Below, in pieces: positions 30,588-40,306 of a stretch of 64,000 bases of DNA (within the stretch, counting starts at the first letter, position 1; each line of letters starts with the position of its first letter). Location: contig JAVKIH010000003.1 of the NCBI GenBank assembly GCA_031459625.1, positions 88,669 to 152,668 on the forward strand, read 5' to 3'. The stretch comes from Candidatus Geohabitans tengchongensis (GTDB lineage Bacteria; Sysuimicrobiota; Sysuimicrobiia; Sysuimicrobiales; Humicultoraceae). The notes under the pieces were generated by a model that did not search any database, was not told where the DNA came from, and saw only the letters and a program-made list of their open reading frames with translations. The position numbers were made by a program, and so were the translations under genes.

Positions 30588-33304
30588 GAATCCTCCCTCC
30601 TTTCGGCTCTCCAGTGCGACTGCACGTCTCTCCCGTTACTCCGGTGGCTCCCCCTCCGCTGGCTCTCTCCACGTGGGCCTGGCTGCCGTGTGGCACCACC
30701 CCGCGCGCCCCCCGGCAGGGGCAAGGAGGGGGACGGGAGCGGGGCCGGCCGCCACCGCCGCAGCCGCAGGCTGTTGGTCACCACGGTGACGGAGCTCGAT
30801 GCCATCGCCAGGGCCGCCAGGGCGGGGTTGAGCTGCCATCCCGTGAGCGGGAAGAGTGCGCCCGCGGCCACCGGGATGAGGGCGACGTTGTAGACGAACG
30901 CCCAGAACAGGTTCTGCCGGATGGTCCGCACCGTCGCGCGCCCGAGGTCCAAGGCGGTGAGCACCCCGCGCAGGTCGCTGCCGACCAGGACCACCTCGGC
31001 CGCCTCGATGGCCACGTCGGTGCCCGCGCCGATGGCGATGCCTACGTCGGCCTGGGCGAGCGCGGGGGCGTCGTTGATGCCGTCGCCCACCATGGCCACG
31101 CGCCGTCCCTCCGCCTGGAGCCGCCGCACCTCCGCAGCTTTGTCGGCCGGCCGCACCTCAGCCAGGATGCGGGCGATGCCGACGCGACGGGCCATGGCCT
31201 CGGCGACCTGGCGCAGATCGCCGGTGAGCAGCACCACCTCGAGCCCGCGGCGGCGCAGTGCCGTGACGACCGCGGCGGCTTCGGGCTTGGGCGTATCGGC
31301 GACCGCCAGCAGGCCAAGGAGGCGGCCGTCGGCGGCCACGTACACGGGCGTCTTGCCCTCGTCGGCGAGGCGCTCGGCCCAGGCCGCCACGGGCGCCGGT
31401 CTCAGGGGGAGACCCTCGCGCTCGAGCAGGGCGCGGGTGCCGGCCACGATGCGGCGGCCCTCGACCAGGGCGCGGAGGCCGGCACCGGGCACCGCCTCGA
31501 AGTCGTCGGGCTCCGGGACGGCGAGGCCCTCCTCTCGGGCGCGAGCGACGATGGCCTCGGCCAGCGGGTGCTCGGAGACCCGCTCGGCCACCGCGGCCAG
31601 GCGCAGGAGCTCCCGGAGGTCGACGCCGTCCACCGGGAGGACGTCCGTCACGACCGGAGTCCCGCGCGTGACCGTCCCCGTCTTGTCGAGGACCACGGTG
31701 TCCACCAGGCGCAGGCGCTCCAGGGCCTCCGCCGTGCGGATGAGCACACCCGCCTCCGCCGCGCGGCCGATCCCCACCATGAGGGCGGTCGGTGTGGCCA
31801 GGCCCATGGCGCACGGGCAGGCCACGATGAGGACGGCCACGACGGCCAGCAGCGCGTGCGTGATCGCCGGCGGCGGGCCGGCGGCCAGCCAGGCCACGCT
31901 GGCCAGCAGGGCCACCACGAGGACGGCCGGGACGAAGACGGCCGCCACCCGGTCGACCAGGGCCTGGATGGGAGCCTTGCTCCCCTGCGCCGCTTCCACG
32001 AGCCGGATGATCTGGGCGAGCGCGGTCTCGGCGCCCACCTTCGTGGCCCGGAAGCGAAACGCGCCGGTGCGGTTGACCGTCCCGCCGATCACCTCGTCCC
32101 CCGGCCCCTTCTCCACGGGGAGGGATTCGCCGGTCAACATCGACTCGTCGACGGCGGAGCGGCCCTCCAGGACCACGCCGTCGACGGGGATGCGCTCGCC
32201 CGGGCGGACGACCACCACGTCGCCCACCTGCACCTCGTCGGCGGGGACCTCCCGCTCCTCCCCATCCCGCAGGACCCGGGCCGTGCGGGGGCGCAGGTCC
32301 ATGAGGCGTCGGATCGCCTCGGAGGTGCGGCCCCGGGCGAGGGCCTCCAGGTACCGGCCCAGTAGGATGAAGACGATGATGACCGCCGCTGTCTCGTAGT
32401 AGACCGCGGGCGGGATCCCGGCCGCGGTGAAGACACCGGGGGCCAGGGTGGCGGCCAGGCTGTAGCCGTAGGCGGCCGAGGTGCCCAGGGCGATGAGGGT
32501 GTTCATGTCCGCGCGGCGGTGGCGCGCCGCGGCCCAGGCGCCGCGGTAGAACCGCCAGCCGGCCCAGAACTGGATGGGCGCCGCCAGCAGGGCTTGCACC
32601 CGCCAGTCGGTCAGTAGCGGAGGGACCCAGATGGCGAGCCCCATGTGGTGGGCGCTGCCCCAGAGCACGGGGATGGCCAGCACCGCCGCCACGACTAGCC
32701 GCCGGCGCAGGTCCCGGAGCTCGCGACGGCGACGGCGGGCCTCGCGGTCGGCGTCGCGCGGCGCCTCGACCGGGGCGCGTAGCCGCGCCTCGACCGGGGC
32801 GGCGAGCGGCGGCGCCTCCGGCTCGTAGCCCGCCGCGCGGATCGCCCGACGGAGGTCATCGGCCGTGACCACGCCGGAGATGCAGGTGACGACGACCTCC
32901 TCGCTGGCCAGATTCACGGCGACGTCGCGCACGCCCTGGACCGCGCGCAGGGCCCGCTCGAGTGGCTCGCCCGAGGCCGCCAGCGCCAGGTCGCGCACCG
33001 GGAGGACGACACGCTCGACCGGCACCTGGTAGCCGGTCCGCTCCACGGCGCGGATGAGGTCCTCCAGCCCGGCCTGCGCGGGGTCGAAGAGCACGGCGGC
33101 CCGCTCGGCGGCCAGGTTGACGGCGGCATCGACCACCCCGGGGACCTGGCGCAACCCGCCCTCGACCGCCGCCACGCAGGAGGCGCAGCTCATCCCCTCG
33201 ACCGGCAGCTCGATCCGCCGGCGGCCGGCGGGAGCGCCACCGTCCGGTCGGGGGCCGCTCGCAGGCGGCGCCGTGGGGGTGTGGGCTGGCGGTGGCGTCG
33301 TCAT
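30584..33304 (-). CDS. copA: copper-translocating P1B-type ATPase
   Basis: [41 protein letters not shown] and MASSS. Confidence 0.95.
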   Translation of the reverse strand: MTTPPPAHTPTAPPASGPRPDGGAPAGRRRIELPVEGMSCASCVAAVEGGLRQVPGVVDAAVNLAAERAAVLFDPAQAGLEDLIRAVERTGYQVPVERVVLPVRDLALAASGEPLERALRAVQGVRDVAVNLASEEVVVTCISGVVTADDLRRAIRAAGYEPEAPPLAAPVEARLRAPVEAPRDADREARRRRRELRDLRRRLVVAAVLAIPVLWGSAHHMGLAIWVPPLLTDWRVQALLAAPIQFWAGWRFYRGAWAAARHRRADMNTLIALGTSAAYGYSLAATLAPGVFTAAGIPPAVYYETAAVIIVFILLGRYLEALARGRTSEAIRRLMDLRPRTARVLRDGEEREVPADEVQVGDVVVVRPGERIPVDGVVLEGRSAVDESMLTGESLPVEKGPGDEVIGGTVNRTGAFRFRATKVGAETALAQIIRLVEAAQGSKAPIQALVDRVAAVFVPAVLVVALLASVAWLAAGPPPAITHALLAVVAVLIVACPCAMGLATPTALMVGIGRAAEAGVLIRTAEALERLRLVDTVVLDKTGTVTRGTPVVTDVLPVDGVDLRELLRLAAVAERVSEHPLAEAIVARAREEGLAVPEPDDFEAVPGAGLRALVEGRRIVAGTRALLEREGLPLRPAPVAAWAERLADEGKTPVYVAADGRLLGLLAVADTPKPEAAAVVTALRRRGLEVVLLTGDLRQVAEAMARRVGIARILAEVRPADKAAEVRRLQAEGRRVAMVGDGINDAPALAQADVGIAIGAGTDVAIEAAEVVLVGSDLRGVLTALDLGRATVRTIRQNLFWAFVYNVALIPVAAGALFPLTGWQLNPALAALAMASSSVTVVTNSLRLRRWRPAPLPSPSLPLPGGARGGATRQPGPRGESQRRGSHRSNGRDVQSHWRAERREDS

Positions 33305-33312
33305 CCCCGGAC

Positions 33313-33624
33313 CTACCGCCTGCCGCTGTAGGCGAAGACGTCCATGATCTCCTGGATGGTCCGCCGCCGCTCGGCGGGATCGCTCGACTGCATCGCCCGG
33401 CTGGCGCAGGTCTGCAGGTGGTCTTCCAGGAGCAGCGCGTTCACGCGGTCGAGCGCCCGCTGGACGGCGAGGGTCTGCCGCACGATATCGATGCAGTAGG
33501 CGCCCTCTTCGACCATGCGCTCGATCCCCCGCAGGTGGCCGACGATGCTGCGCAGGCGGACGAGGGCCTGCCGCCGCTGCTCGGGAGAGCCGTGCCCGCT
33601 GGATGGCGCGCGCGTCTCGGTCAT
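33313..33624 (-). CDS. csoR: copper-sensing repressor CsoR family
   Basis: [22 protein letters not shown] (C-H-C ligands); upstream of copA. Confidence 0.9.
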   Translation of the reverse strand: MTETRAPSSGHGSPEQRRQALVRLRSIVGHLRGIERMVEEGAYCIDIVRQTLAVQRALDRVNALLLEDHLQTCASRAMQSSDPAERRRTIQEIMDVFAYSGRR

Positions 33625-33642
33625 CGCGTCCTCCTCGCCTAT

Positions 33643-33661
33643 CCCTCCCCCCGGGGGAGGG
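33643..33661. promoter_or_regulatory. C/G-tract palindrome, possible CsoR operator
   Basis: CCCTCCCCCCGGGGGAGGG just upstream of csoR. Confidence 0.35.
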
Positions 33662-33790
33662 GCTCCTCCCCATCTTCCCCCTCCGGGGAGGTCTCGTCAA
33701 CGGCGCTCTGGGGCACATCGGGGGTGAAGGAGTTCGTCGAGCCGCCCCGAAGGAACACAACGGCTCGACGTCAAGCAAATAGCACGGGCA

Positions 33791-33870
33791 CCCGCGAAAT
33801 GGCACCCCGCCTGCGAGGGCGGTCCGCAAAGCCACGGGACTGGTGACAGTCAGCCGGGCTGCCGAACGGG
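33791..33870 (+). ncRNA. c-di-GMP-I (GEMM) riboswitch
   Basis: CCCGCG-AAAT-GGCAC-CCCGCCT-GCGA-GGGCGG-TCCGCAAAGCCACGGGACT...AGTCAGCCGGGCTGCCGAACGGG. Confidence 0.85.
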
Positions 33871-33879
33871 AAGGCGCCG

Positions 33880-33910
33880 ACGCCTTCTCCGCGGGAAGGC
33901 GTTTTTGCTT
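33880..33910 (+). terminator. intrinsic terminator (riboswitch expression platform)
   Basis: ACGCCTTCTC-CGC-GGGAAGGCGT followed by TTTTGCTT; competing arm GGGAAGGCG at 33868-33876. Confidence 0.8.
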
Positions 33911-33968
33911 TCCCCGCTTTCCCGCGGAGGCGAGGCTGCGGCGGGCCGGGTGCTCCGGGAGCCCGACG

Positions 33969-34232
33969 ATGCAGGGGCTCTTGTCGACATGGGAGTTCTG
34001 GGCGGGCGTCCTCCTCGCCGGGCTGGCGAGCCTGGGGACCCTGCTGCGGTGGACACTGTTGGGCGACGGTCGCACTCCGACTCCAACACGGCTCTCCTCG
34101 ATCCAGTCCCCCCCTCACTTCCGGCAACCGCCACTGGCTCACGCGCATCCTGACGCGGCCGTCGCCCGACTCTTCTCCGACCCGCTTCCCGAGGCAGTCC
34201 CTCCCACCGACTCCACCGTCGCCTCCCCCTGA
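33969..34232 (+). CDS. small hypothetical protein, single TM helix plus Pro-rich tail
   Basis: First ORF after the riboswitch; [21 protein letters not shown] hydrophobic segment. Confidence 0.5.
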   Translation: MQGLLSTWEFWAGVLLAGLASLGTLLRWTLLGDGRTPTPTRLSSIQSPPHFRQPPLAHAHPDAAVARLFSDPLPEAVPPTDSTVASP

Positions 34233-34429
34233 CCGGCTCACCTCCGCCGGCCGATCGGTCCGGCCCCGGCCTCCCCGGACGCGCCCACGGCGGGACCGTC
34301 GCTACGAGGTTGAAGCAGGCGTCCCGGCCCCGACGACACGGGGGCGCGACACCCTGGGTAAGAGAGAGGCGAACCCCGCGGGGGGAGGCGCGGGACGGGG
34401 AGGCGTCCCGGTCCCGAGGTGATGGTGAG

Positions 34430-35374
34430 GTGTCGACATCCTTCCAGTTCCTGCGCCCCGACGTCCTGTGGGGTCTGCTGGTCGTTCCGGCCCTGCTCGC
34501 CCTGGCGGTGTGGCGGAGCCGCCACCCTGCAGCGACCATCCGGTTCCCGGGGACGGCAGCGGTCGGGGTGGCCGTCCGCCACGCCCACCCGTGGCGCCGT
34601 CACCTGCCCCTGGCCGCCTTCAGCCTGACGCTGGTCGCCCTGCTACTGGGTCTCGCCCGGCCGACCGTCGCCGTGCCGGTCCGCAGCCCACGCCTGAACG
34701 TGGTCCTCGTCCTGGACGTCAGCAGCAGCATGGACGCCACCGACCTGGCCCCCTCGCACCTGGACGCGGCCAGGGCGGCCGCCCACGCCTTCCTGCAGGC
34801 TGTGCACCCGCGCGTCCGCGTGGGGCTCGTGGCCTTCAGCACCACCGCCGCGCCCGTGGTGCCGTTGACCCGCGACCGGGGGCGCCTGCGCTCGGCCGTG
34901 AACCGGCTGGCCACAGAGAGCGAGACGGCGATGGGAGAGGGCGTGCTCGAGGCGTTGCGCCTGCTGCTCGGGGGAGCGGATCCCCTGGCCGCCCCGCCTC
35001 GGCCTGCCGAGCCGGGGCGGCGGGTCATCATCCTCATCTCCGATGGGCTCAACAATGCCGGGCGCGACCCCCTGGTGGCCGCCGACGCCGCCAGGCGGCA
35101 CGGCGTGACAGTCCACACGGTCGGGGTGGGGACCAAGCGTGGCCCGGGGGGCGTGGACGAGGAGACGCTCCACGCCGTGGCCGAGCTCAGCGGCGGGACC
35201 TACCACCACGCCCCGACCGGCCGGCGGCTCTTCGAGCTCTACGAGCGGCTGGGACGTCGCCTGGGATGGGAGCGGCAGGTCGAGGAAGTCAGCGCGGTGC
35301 TGGCCGGTCTCGCCGCAGCGCTCCTCGTCGCCGCGGTGGCCGTCTCCCGGGTGCTGGCTCCGCTGGAGGTCTGA
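34430..35374 (+). CDS. BatA-like vWA-domain membrane protein
   Basis: FLRP..LWGLL BatA N-terminus, LARP, DVSSSM MIDAS, LISDG, C-terminal TM. Confidence 0.88.
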   Translation: MSTSFQFLRPDVLWGLLVVPALLALAVWRSRHPAATIRFPGTAAVGVAVRHAHPWRRHLPLAAFSLTLVALLLGLARPTVAVPVRSPRLNVVLVLDVSSSMDATDLAPSHLDAARAAAHAFLQAVHPRVRVGLVAFSTTAAPVVPLTRDRGRLRSAVNRLATESETAMGEGVLEALRLLLGGADPLAAPPRPAEPGRRVIILISDGLNNAGRDPLVAADAARRHGVTVHTVGVGTKRGPGGVDEETLHAVAELSGGTYHHAPTGRRLFELYERLGRRLGWERQVEEVSAVLAGLAAALLVAAVAVSRVLAPLEV

Positions 35375-35481
35375 GCGTCCTTCCACGGGAGAGCTATGGG
35401 AACGCCCGGCGAGCCCTCCCGGCCGTACTGTCTTCAGACTTTTCAGAGGTCTAGCCCGTCTAGAGTTTTCTCCCTCCGGGC

Positions 35482-38400
35482 ATGCTCCCGTGGATGATCC
35501 TCCAGAAGCCCTTTTCGTCTCTGCGGAGCTGGATTGCCGCAGTCACCGCCCTGGCGTTCCTCCCGGGGACCGCCCTGTTCCTCCTCGCGACAGCCGACCA
35601 GCAACGCCAGCTGATCCGTCACGCCCACCGGGAGGTCCAGGTCCTCACCGAGCATGCCGCCGGGGAAGTCCTCAACGTCCTCTATGCCACGCGGCAGCTC
35701 CTGGTCGACCTGGCTGCGGAGCTACAGACGATCAGGGCGCCTGCCGGCGAGTGCTCCACCCTGCTCGCCCGGCGCCTGGCCGCTTCCGCCGTCTACGTGA
35801 ACCTGGGCGTGACCGCGCTCGACGGGCCCGTCCGCTGTCTTGCGCGTTCCGGTGACGGACGCGCCCCGGTGGATGCGGAGGCCATTCGCCGTGCCGTCGC
35901 ACACCACGGCCTGGCCGTCGGACGCTATCAGGCGCCCCAGGCCGGGCGCCCCCCGGTCATCACGGTCGCCTACCCGCTCCCGGGCGGCTCCTCCCAGGTG
36001 GGCAGGCGGACCGCCCCGGCTGCGGTCTTCGCCCTCGTCGACCTGTGGTGGCTGAACGAGGTGGCGGCCGGGGTCCCCTTGCCGCCCGGAAGCGTCCTCA
36101 CGCTCCTGGACCGCCAGCACACCGTGCTGGCGCGGTCACAGGAGCCGGGGGCCTGGATGGGCCGTCGGGCCCCCGACCCCGGCGTCCTGCAGGCGGTCGC
36201 GCAGGGACGACCCCAGGTCACCGTCCAGGGCGAGGACCAGGGCGGCCGGAGCGTCTTCGTGGGTCATCGCGCCCTGCGTGGTCCGACCGGCGACACCGAA
36301 CTTGTCGTGGCGGTCACGGTTCCGCGCGACGCTCTGCTGGCGGAACTGCGCAGCCACCTGGTGCGCTCCGCCTTCGGGCTGCTGGCGGCCGCCCTCCTGA
36401 CCCTGACCGCGGCGTGGCGGACGGCCCGCCGGGTGCTCGTCGTGCCGGTGGAGCGCATCGCCGGGGTGACGCGGCGCCTGACCACGGGTGACCTGGACGC
36501 CCGCACCGGCGGCGTGGCGGGGCCACGTGAGCTCACGGTGCTCGCTCAGGCCGTCGACGAGATGGCTCGCGCGCTGCAGCGCCGGGCCGACGAAGCCGAG
36601 CAGGCCGCGGAGGCGGCCCACGCCGCGGCGGAGCAAGCTCAGGCGCTGGCCCACACGGCCCAGCGCCTCAACGCCCAGCTGGACCTGCCCACCGTCCTGC
36701 GCGCTGTCGTCGAGGAGACCGCGCGGGCGCTTCGGGCGCCCGCGGCCAGCATCGCGCTCTACGACGAGGCCACTGACCGCATCGCCATCGCCGCCACGTA
36801 CGGGCTCCCCCACGACTACGCCGCCCGGGCCGCGCCCCAACCGCGCGCCGTCCTCGACCGGCTGGTGGCGGAGAGCCACCAGGACCTGCTCCTTGTTCCC
36901 GAGGCCCTGGACCGCCAGGACCTGCCCAACACGGCGCTGCACCGCGAAGCGGGCGTGCGCACCATCGTGGGGGCACCCCTGCGCCGCGACGGCCACCTGG
37001 TCGGCCTGCTCACCGTCTACGCGCTCGGCATGCCGCGGCGCTTCCACCTCGAGGAGCTGGCCCTGCTGCGGGCGCTGGGTGATCTGGCGGTGCAGGCGAT
37101 CGCCAACGCCACCCTCTACACCGACCACGTACGACAGCTCGAGACCCTCAGCGCCCTCTACGCCAGCGCGCAGAAGCTCGGGATCAGCCTCGACCTCCAG
37201 GAGGTGGCGCGCAGCATCACCCGCACCTGCGTGGAGGTCTTCGGCGTGCGCCTGGCCTGGATCGGCCGCGCCGAGCCGGACGGGAGCGTCAGGCTCGTCA
37301 CCTCCTATCCGATCAGCAACGACTACCCCACGCGCCTGCGGATCCGCTGGGACGAGTCCCCGGAGGGCCGGGGGCCGACCGGCCAGGCCCTGCGTACGGG
37401 CTTCCCGCAGGTGTTCAACGACGTGGCCCGGGAGCCGCCGGAGCGGGCCTGGCGGGACCGGGTGCTGGCGCAGGGGTTTCGGGCGGCCGCGGCCTTCCCG
37501 CTGCTCAGCCGGGAGCGACCGTTCGGCGTCCTGCTCCTCTACAGCGACCAGGCGGGGTTCTTCACCGATGAGCGGGTGGGCCTCTTCCAGGCCCTGGCCC
37601 ACCAGGCCGGCGCGGCGCTCGAGAACGCCCGCCTCTTCGCCCAGGCGGAGCAGCGCCTGCAACACCTCCAGGCCCTCCACGCGGTGGGCCTGGCCATCGG
37701 CAGCAGCGTCGACCTGGACGTCACCCTGGACGTCGTGCTCTCACAGGCCGTGGCGCAGCTGCGCGTGGACGCCGCCGCCATCCTCCTCTACCACCCCGAA
37801 CGGCAGGTGCTGGAGTACGCCGCGAGGCGGGGGCTCCGGCCGGACCACCTCGTGGCCCCCATCGGGCTCGGGGAAGGGCTGGTGGGCACCGTGGCCGCCA
37901 ACCACCGGGCGGTCTTCGTCGACGACCTCGGCCACCCCGACGCGCCGGTGCACCCCATCGCCGCCGTGGAGGGGCTGGTCGGGTATGCGGCGGTGCCGCT
38001 CGTGGCCAAGGGGGTGGTGCAGGGCGTGCTCGAGGTCTTCCGGCGCACGCCGCTCGTCACCGACGAAGAGTGGCGGGCCCTGCTGCAGGCTCTCGGAGAC
38101 CAGGCCGCCATCGCCATCGACAACGCTCGGCTCTTCGACGCGCTGCAGCGGTCGCACCGCGACCTCCAGGAGGCATACGAGGCCACGCTGGAAGGCTGGG
38201 TCCAGGCCCTGGACCTTCGCGACCAGGAGACCCACGGGCACACCCAGCGGGTCACGGAGATGACGGTGCGCCTGGCCCGGGCCATGGGGATCGACGAGCC
38301 GCAGCTGGTCCACATCCGGCGCGGCGCGCTCCTCCACGACATCGGGAAGATCGGCATCCCCGACACCATCCTGCGCAAGCCGGGCCCGCTGACCGAGGAG

Positions 38401-39180
38401 GAGTGGGCGGTGGTGCGCCGCCACCCCCTCTACGCCCACCAGCTCCTCTTCCCCATCCCCTACCTGCGACCGGCGCTGGACATCCCCTACGCCCACCACG
38501 AGCGGTGGGACGGCAGCGGCTACCCCCAGGGCCTGCGCGGTGAAGCGATTCCGCTCGCCGCGCGCATCTTCGCCGTGGTGGACGTCTGGGACGCGCTGCG
38601 CTCCGACCGCCCCTACCGGCCGGCCTGGCCGGAGGACCGGGTGATCGCCTACCTCAGGGAGCAGAGCGGCAAGGCCTTCGACCCGCGGGTCGTCGAGGTC
38701 TTCCTTCGCCTCCTGGAGCAGCCCGGCCCGCGCTCCCTCGCCACCGGCGGCGGGGACGGAGGCGGCCACACCACGGGCGGAACCGGGAGCGGGGCACTGC
38801 CCGCGCCGTCACCCGCCGGCGCGGACGGCCGGGCCAGCGCTGAGGGGTCAGCCGCCGGTCAGTGCTCACGCACCGACCAGATCCAGGCGCCGAAGAGCAG
38901 GTTCACGATAATGGGAACGACGGCGGTCCGGGCGTCCAGGACGCCTTCCAGCCACCCGTCCAGGATGTATCCGGCCAGGGCGATGGCCCACACGGCGAAG
39001 ACCCAGGCCAGCGTGCGCAGCCCCTCCAGGCGCCAGGCCGTGGCCAGCGCGGCCACACCCACGACGACCAGGCTCGTCCCCCAGGCCGAGAGGAAGACCG
39101 GGTGGGGGACGTACAGGGGGAGGACGGCCCGCGCCAGCGGCGAGGAGAGGAGCAGGAGGACCCCGGCGCTGATCGTGTAG
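35482..39180 (+). CDS. Cache-HAMP-3xGAF-HD-GYP c-di-GMP phosphodiesterase
   Basis: Periplasmic sensor, HAMP, three GAF repeats, ETHGHTQRV, LHDIGK, HHERWDGSGYP; the tail after ~38720 is uncertain. Confidence 0.9.
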   Translation: MLPWMILQKPFSSLRSWIAAVTALAFLPGTALFLLATADQQRQLIRHAHREVQVLTEHAAGEVLNVLYATRQLLVDLAAELQTIRAPAGECSTLLARRLAASAVYVNLGVTALDGPVRCLARSGDGRAPVDAEAIRRAVAHHGLAVGRYQAPQAGRPPVITVAYPLPGGSSQVGRRTAPAAVFALVDLWWLNEVAAGVPLPPGSVLTLLDRQHTVLARSQEPGAWMGRRAPDPGVLQAVAQGRPQVTVQGEDQGGRSVFVGHRALRGPTGDTELVVAVTVPRDALLAELRSHLVRSAFGLLAAALLTLTAAWRTARRVLVVPVERIAGVTRRLTTGDLDARTGGVAGPRELTVLAQAVDEMARALQRRADEAEQAAEAAHAAAEQAQALAHTAQRLNAQLDLPTVLRAVVEETARALRAPAASIALYDEATDRIAIAATYGLPHDYAARAAPQPRAVLDRLVAESHQDLLLVPEALDRQDLPNTALHREAGVRTIVGAPLRRDGHLVGLLTVYALGMPRRFHLEELALLRALGDLAVQAIANATLYTDHVRQLETLSALYASAQKLGISLDLQEVARSITRTCVEVFGVRLAWIGRAEPDGSVRLVTSYPISNDYPTRLRIRWDESPEGRGPTGQALRTGFPQVFNDVAREPPERAWRDRVLAQGFRAAAAFPLLSRERPFGVLLLYSDQAGFFTDERVGLFQALAHQAGAALENARLFAQAEQRLQHLQALHAVGLAIGSSVDLDVTLDVVLSQAVAQLRVDAAAILLYHPERQVLEYAARRGLRPDHLVAPIGLGEGLVGTVAANHRAVFVDDLGHPDAPVHPIAAVEGLVGYAAVPLVAKGVVQGVLEVFRRTPLVTDEEWRALLQALGDQAAIAIDNARLFDALQRSHRDLQEAYEATLEGWVQALDLRDQETHGHTQRVTEMTVRLARAMGIDEPQLVHIRRGALLHDIGKIGIPDTILRKPGPLTEEEWAVVRRHPLYAHQLLFPIPYLRPALDIPYAHHERWDGSGYPQGLRGEAIPLAARIFAVVDVWDALRSDRPYRPAWPEDRVIAYLREQSGKAFDPRVVEVFLRLLEQPGPRSLATGGGDGGGHTTGGTGSGALPAPSPAGADGRASAEGSAAGQCSRTDQIQAPKSRFTIMGTTAVRASRTPSSHPSRMYPARAMAHTAKTQASVRSPSRRQAVASAATPTTTRLVPQAERKTGWGTYRGRTARASGEERSRRTPALIV

Positions 39181-39230
39181 AGCGCCCACAGGACGAGGGC
39201 CGGGCGCAGGCCCACCGTCTGCCGCACCAT
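38859..39230 (-). CDS. hypothetical 4-TM membrane protein
   Basis: GGAGGG SD, TGATG coupling to the upstream gene, four hydrophobic segments. Confidence 0.65.
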   Translation of the reverse strand: MVRQTVGLRPALVLWALYTISAGVLLLLSSPLARAVLPLYVPHPVFLSAWGTSLVVVGVAALATAWRLEGLRTLAWVFAVWAIALAGYILDGWLEGVLDARTAVVPIIVNLLFGAWIWSVREH

Positions 39231-40306
39231 CACTCCCTCCCTGCCCCGCCCGCCGCGCCCATAGACGCGGGCCGGCGCCTGCCCATCGCCTCGGCCAGGG
39301 CACGCACGATGCGCGCCTCCCACTGCGTCCCCGCCCCGGCCTCGAGAATGGCCCACGTCTCCTCCTCGGTGCGGGCCGGGCGGTAGGGCCGGTCGTGCGT
39401 CATCGCGTCGAAGGCGTCGGCCACGGCCACAATCCGCGCCGCCAGCGGGATGGCCTCGCCGGCCAGGCCGTCGGGGTAGCCCCGGCCGTCCCACCGTTCA
39501 TGGTGGGAGCGGGCGATCTCGGCGGCCAGCTGGAGCAGCGGCGAGCGGTGGCCGGCCAGGATGGCCGCCCCGATGGTGGTGTGCCGCCGCATCTGGGTCC
39601 ACTCGTCCGGCGTGAGGGAGCCGGGTTTGAGCAGGACCTGGTCGGGGATGCCGATCTTCCCCACGTCGTGCAGGGGCGCGGCGCGCACGAGCAGCTCCAC
39701 GGTGGCGGCCCCCAGGCCAAGGGCCTCGCCGATCCGCCCGGCCAGCACGCCCACGCGCTGGGTGTGCTCCCCGGTGTCGTCGTCCCGGAATTCGGCCGCG
39801 CGGGCCAGCACCTCGAGCGCCTCCAGCCGCGCTTCGTCCAGCTCCCGGGTGCGCTCCCACACCCGCGCCTCCAGCGTGCGGTTGTGCTCGCGCAACCGCT
39901 CGTGGAGGGTGCGGGTCTCCAGGAGGTTGCGGATGCGCAGCAGCACCTCGGTCGGGTCGAAAGGCTTGGTGAGGAAGTCCCGCGCGCCCCGGCCGAGGGC
40001 CTGGCGCTTGGCCTCGGCGGTGACGTCGGCGGTGAGGACCAGCACCGGCAGGTAGGTCTCGGGAGGGACGGACTCCAGGAGCTGCCCCAGCAGCGTGAGG
40101 CCGTCCACGTGGGGCATGTGCAGGTCGAGCAGCACCAAGTCCGGCTGGAACGCGGTGAAGAGGCCGGAGGCCTCGCGCGCGTCGGTCGTGCTGCGGACTT
40201 CCGTGGCCGGCGCCCCGCGGCGCAGGATCGCCTCGAGCAGCCGGACGTTGGCCTCCTGGTCGTCGACGATGAGGATGCGGGCGCCGTCAGGAAGGGAGGC
40301 CGACAT
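39230..40306 (-). CDS. REC-HD-GYP response regulator (RpfG-like)
   Basis: ILIVDD, DLHMP, KPF; DTGEHTQRV, LHDVGK, HHERWDGRGYP. Confidence 0.92.
   Translation of the reverse strand: MSASLPDGARILIVDDQEANVRLLEAILRRGAPATEVRSTTDAREASGLFTAFQPDLVLLDLHMPHVDGLTLLGQLLESVPPETYLPVLVLTADVTAEAKRQALGRGARDFLTKPFDPTEVLLRIRNLLETRTLHERLREHNRTLEARVWERTRELDEARLEALEVLARAAEFRDDDTGEHTQRVGVLAGRIGEALGLGAATVELLVRAAPLHDVGKIGIPDQVLLKPGSLTPDEWTQMRRHTTIGAAILAGHRSPLLQLAAEIARSHHERWDGRGYPDGLAGEAIPLAARIVAVADAFDAMTHDRPYRPARTEEETWAILEAGAGTQWEARIVRALAEAMGRRRPASMGAAGGAGRE

Noticed and set aside
33305..34075. Long N-terminal extension of CopA
   Set aside because: It overlaps csoR and the riboswitch; the plausible start is ATG 33304.
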